Source of the DNA: Trichomonas gallinae
Lineage: Eukaryota
Direction: 5' to 3'
DNA: 52,755 nucleotides
Assembly (NCBI GenBank): GCA_008369845.1
Contig: MRSU01003035.1
Location: 1 to 52,755 of the forward strand
A program made the position numbers and the translations under genes. Below are positions 50,161 to 52,755 of the stretch, one piece after another; the first letter of the stretch is position 1; each line of letters begins with the position of its first letter. Below the pieces are notes generated by a model. The model did no database searches and was not told the DNA's origin. It was given only the letters and a program-made list of their open reading frames with translations.

Positions 50161-51029
50161 CAATGGATTTAGATTCTGCAACGAAAGAACACAAATTTAT
50201 AAAATTGCACCCCTCAAACAACAAAAAATTCTTCAAAAAATATGAGATAGATAAACTTGATCCATTTGTTCTTTATTCGACAATTCTAGATGCTATTGTC
50301 TCGATAACTCGCTTAAAGTGGGAAAATATGGTAAAAAGCCACACACTCTCGATTGATGTTTACAAAAAAGGTATATTCGATTATGGAACTCATCATGTTG
50401 AACTGGAGTTGCTCTTTAATCAATTTCACCGTAAGGATCAGGGCTTTACTGAAAAATAATTCAAAATTTCCAGAATTTGAAATTTTTGCTTTTTTCCTAT
50501 CAAAGGATCTGTAAACTGTTCTTTAGAAAGAGTTTCAAACGTTTATAACACGAAATTCTCTAGAATCGATATCAAATTGTTCTAGATGTAAGTAACCAGG
50601 GACATAATCAATTGCATTTTATGATGTTCTATGTTCATTTTATAATATCTCTTAATCAAAGATATATGAAAGAAGGAAATTAATATAATTTTTATTTTTT
50701 GCAACTAGCCCAAAATAAACATGGGGTTATTCTTTATAGCAACACTTGAATTTATAGACGGAATGTGGAGTTTCAAAATGTTAATATTTATTATTTTTAA
50801 TTTGCTTGCTGCATGGAAGGATTATGATGCTGTTTTCGGGTTACATATCTTAATGATAGCATTTAGAAATCTAATTTCTAATTATGATGAAGAAAATAAA
50901 ATTCAGTTAAACAAATTTGGGATTCGGCTGCATAGAATTCATTCTTATAACCTAAATATCATTCCTCAAAATAAATATAATTTCAAAATATCATTGATTA
51001 GAATTGATCAAGTAATTGACTTTACATGA
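50161..51029 (+). pseudogene. Decayed Rab-GAP TBC-domain gene (TBC1D15/Gyp7-like)
   Basis: Fragments in different frames: WENMVK...YKKGIFDYG, NLKFLLFSY, QIVLDVS (IxxDxxR position), FYDVLCSF, WKDYDAVFGLHILMIAF; many stops and frameshifts. Confidence 0.45.
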
Positions 51030-51721
51030 CATTTTGTCAAATATATAACTTTACGTTGCAAAAAAAAAATAATTCAAGCGAATGCTTTATATTATGACAT
51101 ATCAATATCAAGATGTGTTAGAGAAAAAGCTAGCATTAGTCGATCTGAGGATGTTAATGGTCTGATATGGATCCATTTTGACCCATCATCCTAAGTATTT
51201 GGGAATTTTGTAAATCTAAACGAAGGAATCTATGATTTCCCTCTTTTTCTGACTTTATGTTCCCTTAATAGAAGATTGCATCTAACAAAACATCAAATTG
51301 TCGTTAAAATTATCACCATAAATTTTCAAAATTTATAATTCTAATCAGTATATGACTGACACAAGCGCGTATTGTGCCATTACTGAACTAGAAATATCTA
51401 CAATCCTGTAATTTCGAAGATTGATATCAGAAGATTGGTTTTTAGCGTATCATAGATATAACTTGGGGAAAATCTACTGAGAATTTGGATGATTTTATCA
51501 ATGTGTATATGTTCCAGAATTTATATCAAGTGATCGAAATATATAGGGAAAAAATAACACAAAAAGTAAAATATATCTATCATACATTAAATTTACTCTT
51601 CCCATAGATTGAATAATAGTGGTTTATTGGTGCTTATTTCCATAAATTATATAATAAATATAAAAATACTTTTAAAATTTGAAAAAAGCCAGTAAATTTA
51701 GTCAATTCCATGATATAATTA

Positions 51722-52219
51722 TTAGTGTACAGCAAGACGAGTAGCTAATCTAACAAATTGTTCATCGTTCATTTGATGTAAAGCTTCCGCATCATTTGTA
51801 ATAACCCCCGGATAGTGTCTAGTTATATGATCCATAAGATCATCAACATGAGCTTTATCTATGAATGTGATAATATAATCTGGATCAGCTTTGATATAAA
51901 TCTGATTATTTTTCGTTGCATATTTTGTTTGCGGTGTAAGAATCTTGTAAAATGCGGAATCTTCGTTGGTTTGAGTATTATTCAATAATAAAAGCGTAAG
52001 ATCATCCTGATTTTCGACTGTGCATAAGAATAATGGTCCACCAATTGGAAGCTTAATCCATTTTCTATCTTCATTCATCTTGAATAAACATACCTCTGGA
52101 TAAACGTTAAGATAGTCTTCTATGTGTCCATATTGCTGGTACTGCTTCCTTATGACCTTCAGGTTGGTGTTCTTCCTGAACTGCTGATCGAATTCGACTT
52201 GGAGGTTGATATTTTCCAT
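51722..52219 (-). CDS. Dcp1-like mRNA decapping cofactor (EVH1 domain)
   Basis: NLKVIRK...IEDYL...VCLFKM...WIKLPIGGPLFL...LLLLNN parallels Dcp1; first ATG at 52219. Confidence 0.75.
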   Translation of the reverse strand: MENINLQVEFDQQFRKNTNLKVIRKQYQQYGHIEDYLNVYPEVCLFKMNEDRKWIKLPIGGPLFLCTVENQDDLTLLLLNNTQTNEDSAFYKILTPQTKYATKNNQIYIKADPDYIITFIDKAHVDDLMDHITRHYPGVITNDAEALHQMNDEQFVRLATRLAVH

Positions 52220-52602
52220 TCTGGAAAATAATGGATTTTTCGAATAGTCATAAATAACTAGAAATTTGCACAATATTTTTATTGAAAATCTAAAAAATCA
52301 TATATTGGAATAAATTATGGTAAATTTTATAACGAGCAATCATAACTATTTTACATACTAAATAATATTACTATCTCAAAATTGTTTAATTATCTAAAAT
52401 AAAGGAATATTTTTTCATATTTAATGCTTTTCATAGCTTTTGATTTGATATAAGACTAAGAAAACGTTTTAAACGGCATTTATCTTAGTATTTATGGTTA
52501 ATTAGGATAAATAACGAAAATATATTTTTTATAATGATCGTTTATATGCTGTAGTAAGTAATGAATTTACCAACATTAAGATGTTTACGCGAATTAATGA
52601 GT

Positions 52603-52755
52603 TTAAGCCTCAGCTTCCTCGTCTTCTTCGCCTTCGCCCTGTTCCTCGACACCAGCTGTTTCGTACATTTCGTATTCCTGGATGAGATCTGTCATGTTGG
52701 AGCGAGCTTCATCGAATTCGACTGTTTCGAGGCCTTCGTTGACGTACCAGTGGAT
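52603..52755 (-). CDS. TUBB: Beta-tubulin, 3' end (truncated by the window edge)
   Basis: IHWYVNEGLETVEFDEARSNMTDLIQEYEMYETAGVEEQGEGEEDEEAEA*. Confidence 0.95.
   Translation of the reverse strand: MHWYVNEGLETVEFDEARSNMTDLIQEYEMYETAGVEEQGEGEEDEEAEA

Noticed and set aside
1..52755. Maverick, mariner, Mutator or other transposase genes; rRNA, tRNA or CRISPR
   Set aside because: No transposase, integrase or polymerase ORFs and no such RNA signatures recognised

Overview
AT-rich, gene-dense eukaryotic DNA, almost certainly from Trichomonas (T. vaginalis or a close relative). The evidence is nearly intronless genes, TCA(C/T)TTT initiator elements just upstream of ATGs, a large BspA-type LRR gene, ultra-short (25-26 nt) introns ending in TCTAAC...CAG, and a trichomonad-type beta-tubulin 3' end. 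About 25 intact protein genes are present: BspA-like, WD40, Tubby, two RUN-like, CRM1-like, SKA2-like, TyrRS-like, DRC10/IQCD-like, an amino-acid transporter, a PDI-like protein, homeodomain-WD40, Dcp1-like, beta-tubulin and hypotheticals. There are also several decayed gene fragments (Exo1, ankyrin, Sec23/24, TBC). Three things stand out. (1) A ~760-nt non-coding interval (35720-36476) folds by eye into a 56-bp closing helix, several 24-29 bp helices and a multiway junction, with a strong + strand G-U bias; it is a candidate large structured RNA. (2) Head-to-head with it lies a TyrRS paralogue that has lost its catalytic motifs. (3) A Yos1/IER3IP1 gene is split by two ultra-short introns and is invisible to the ORF track. 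All homology calls are from motif recognition by eye; no searches were run.
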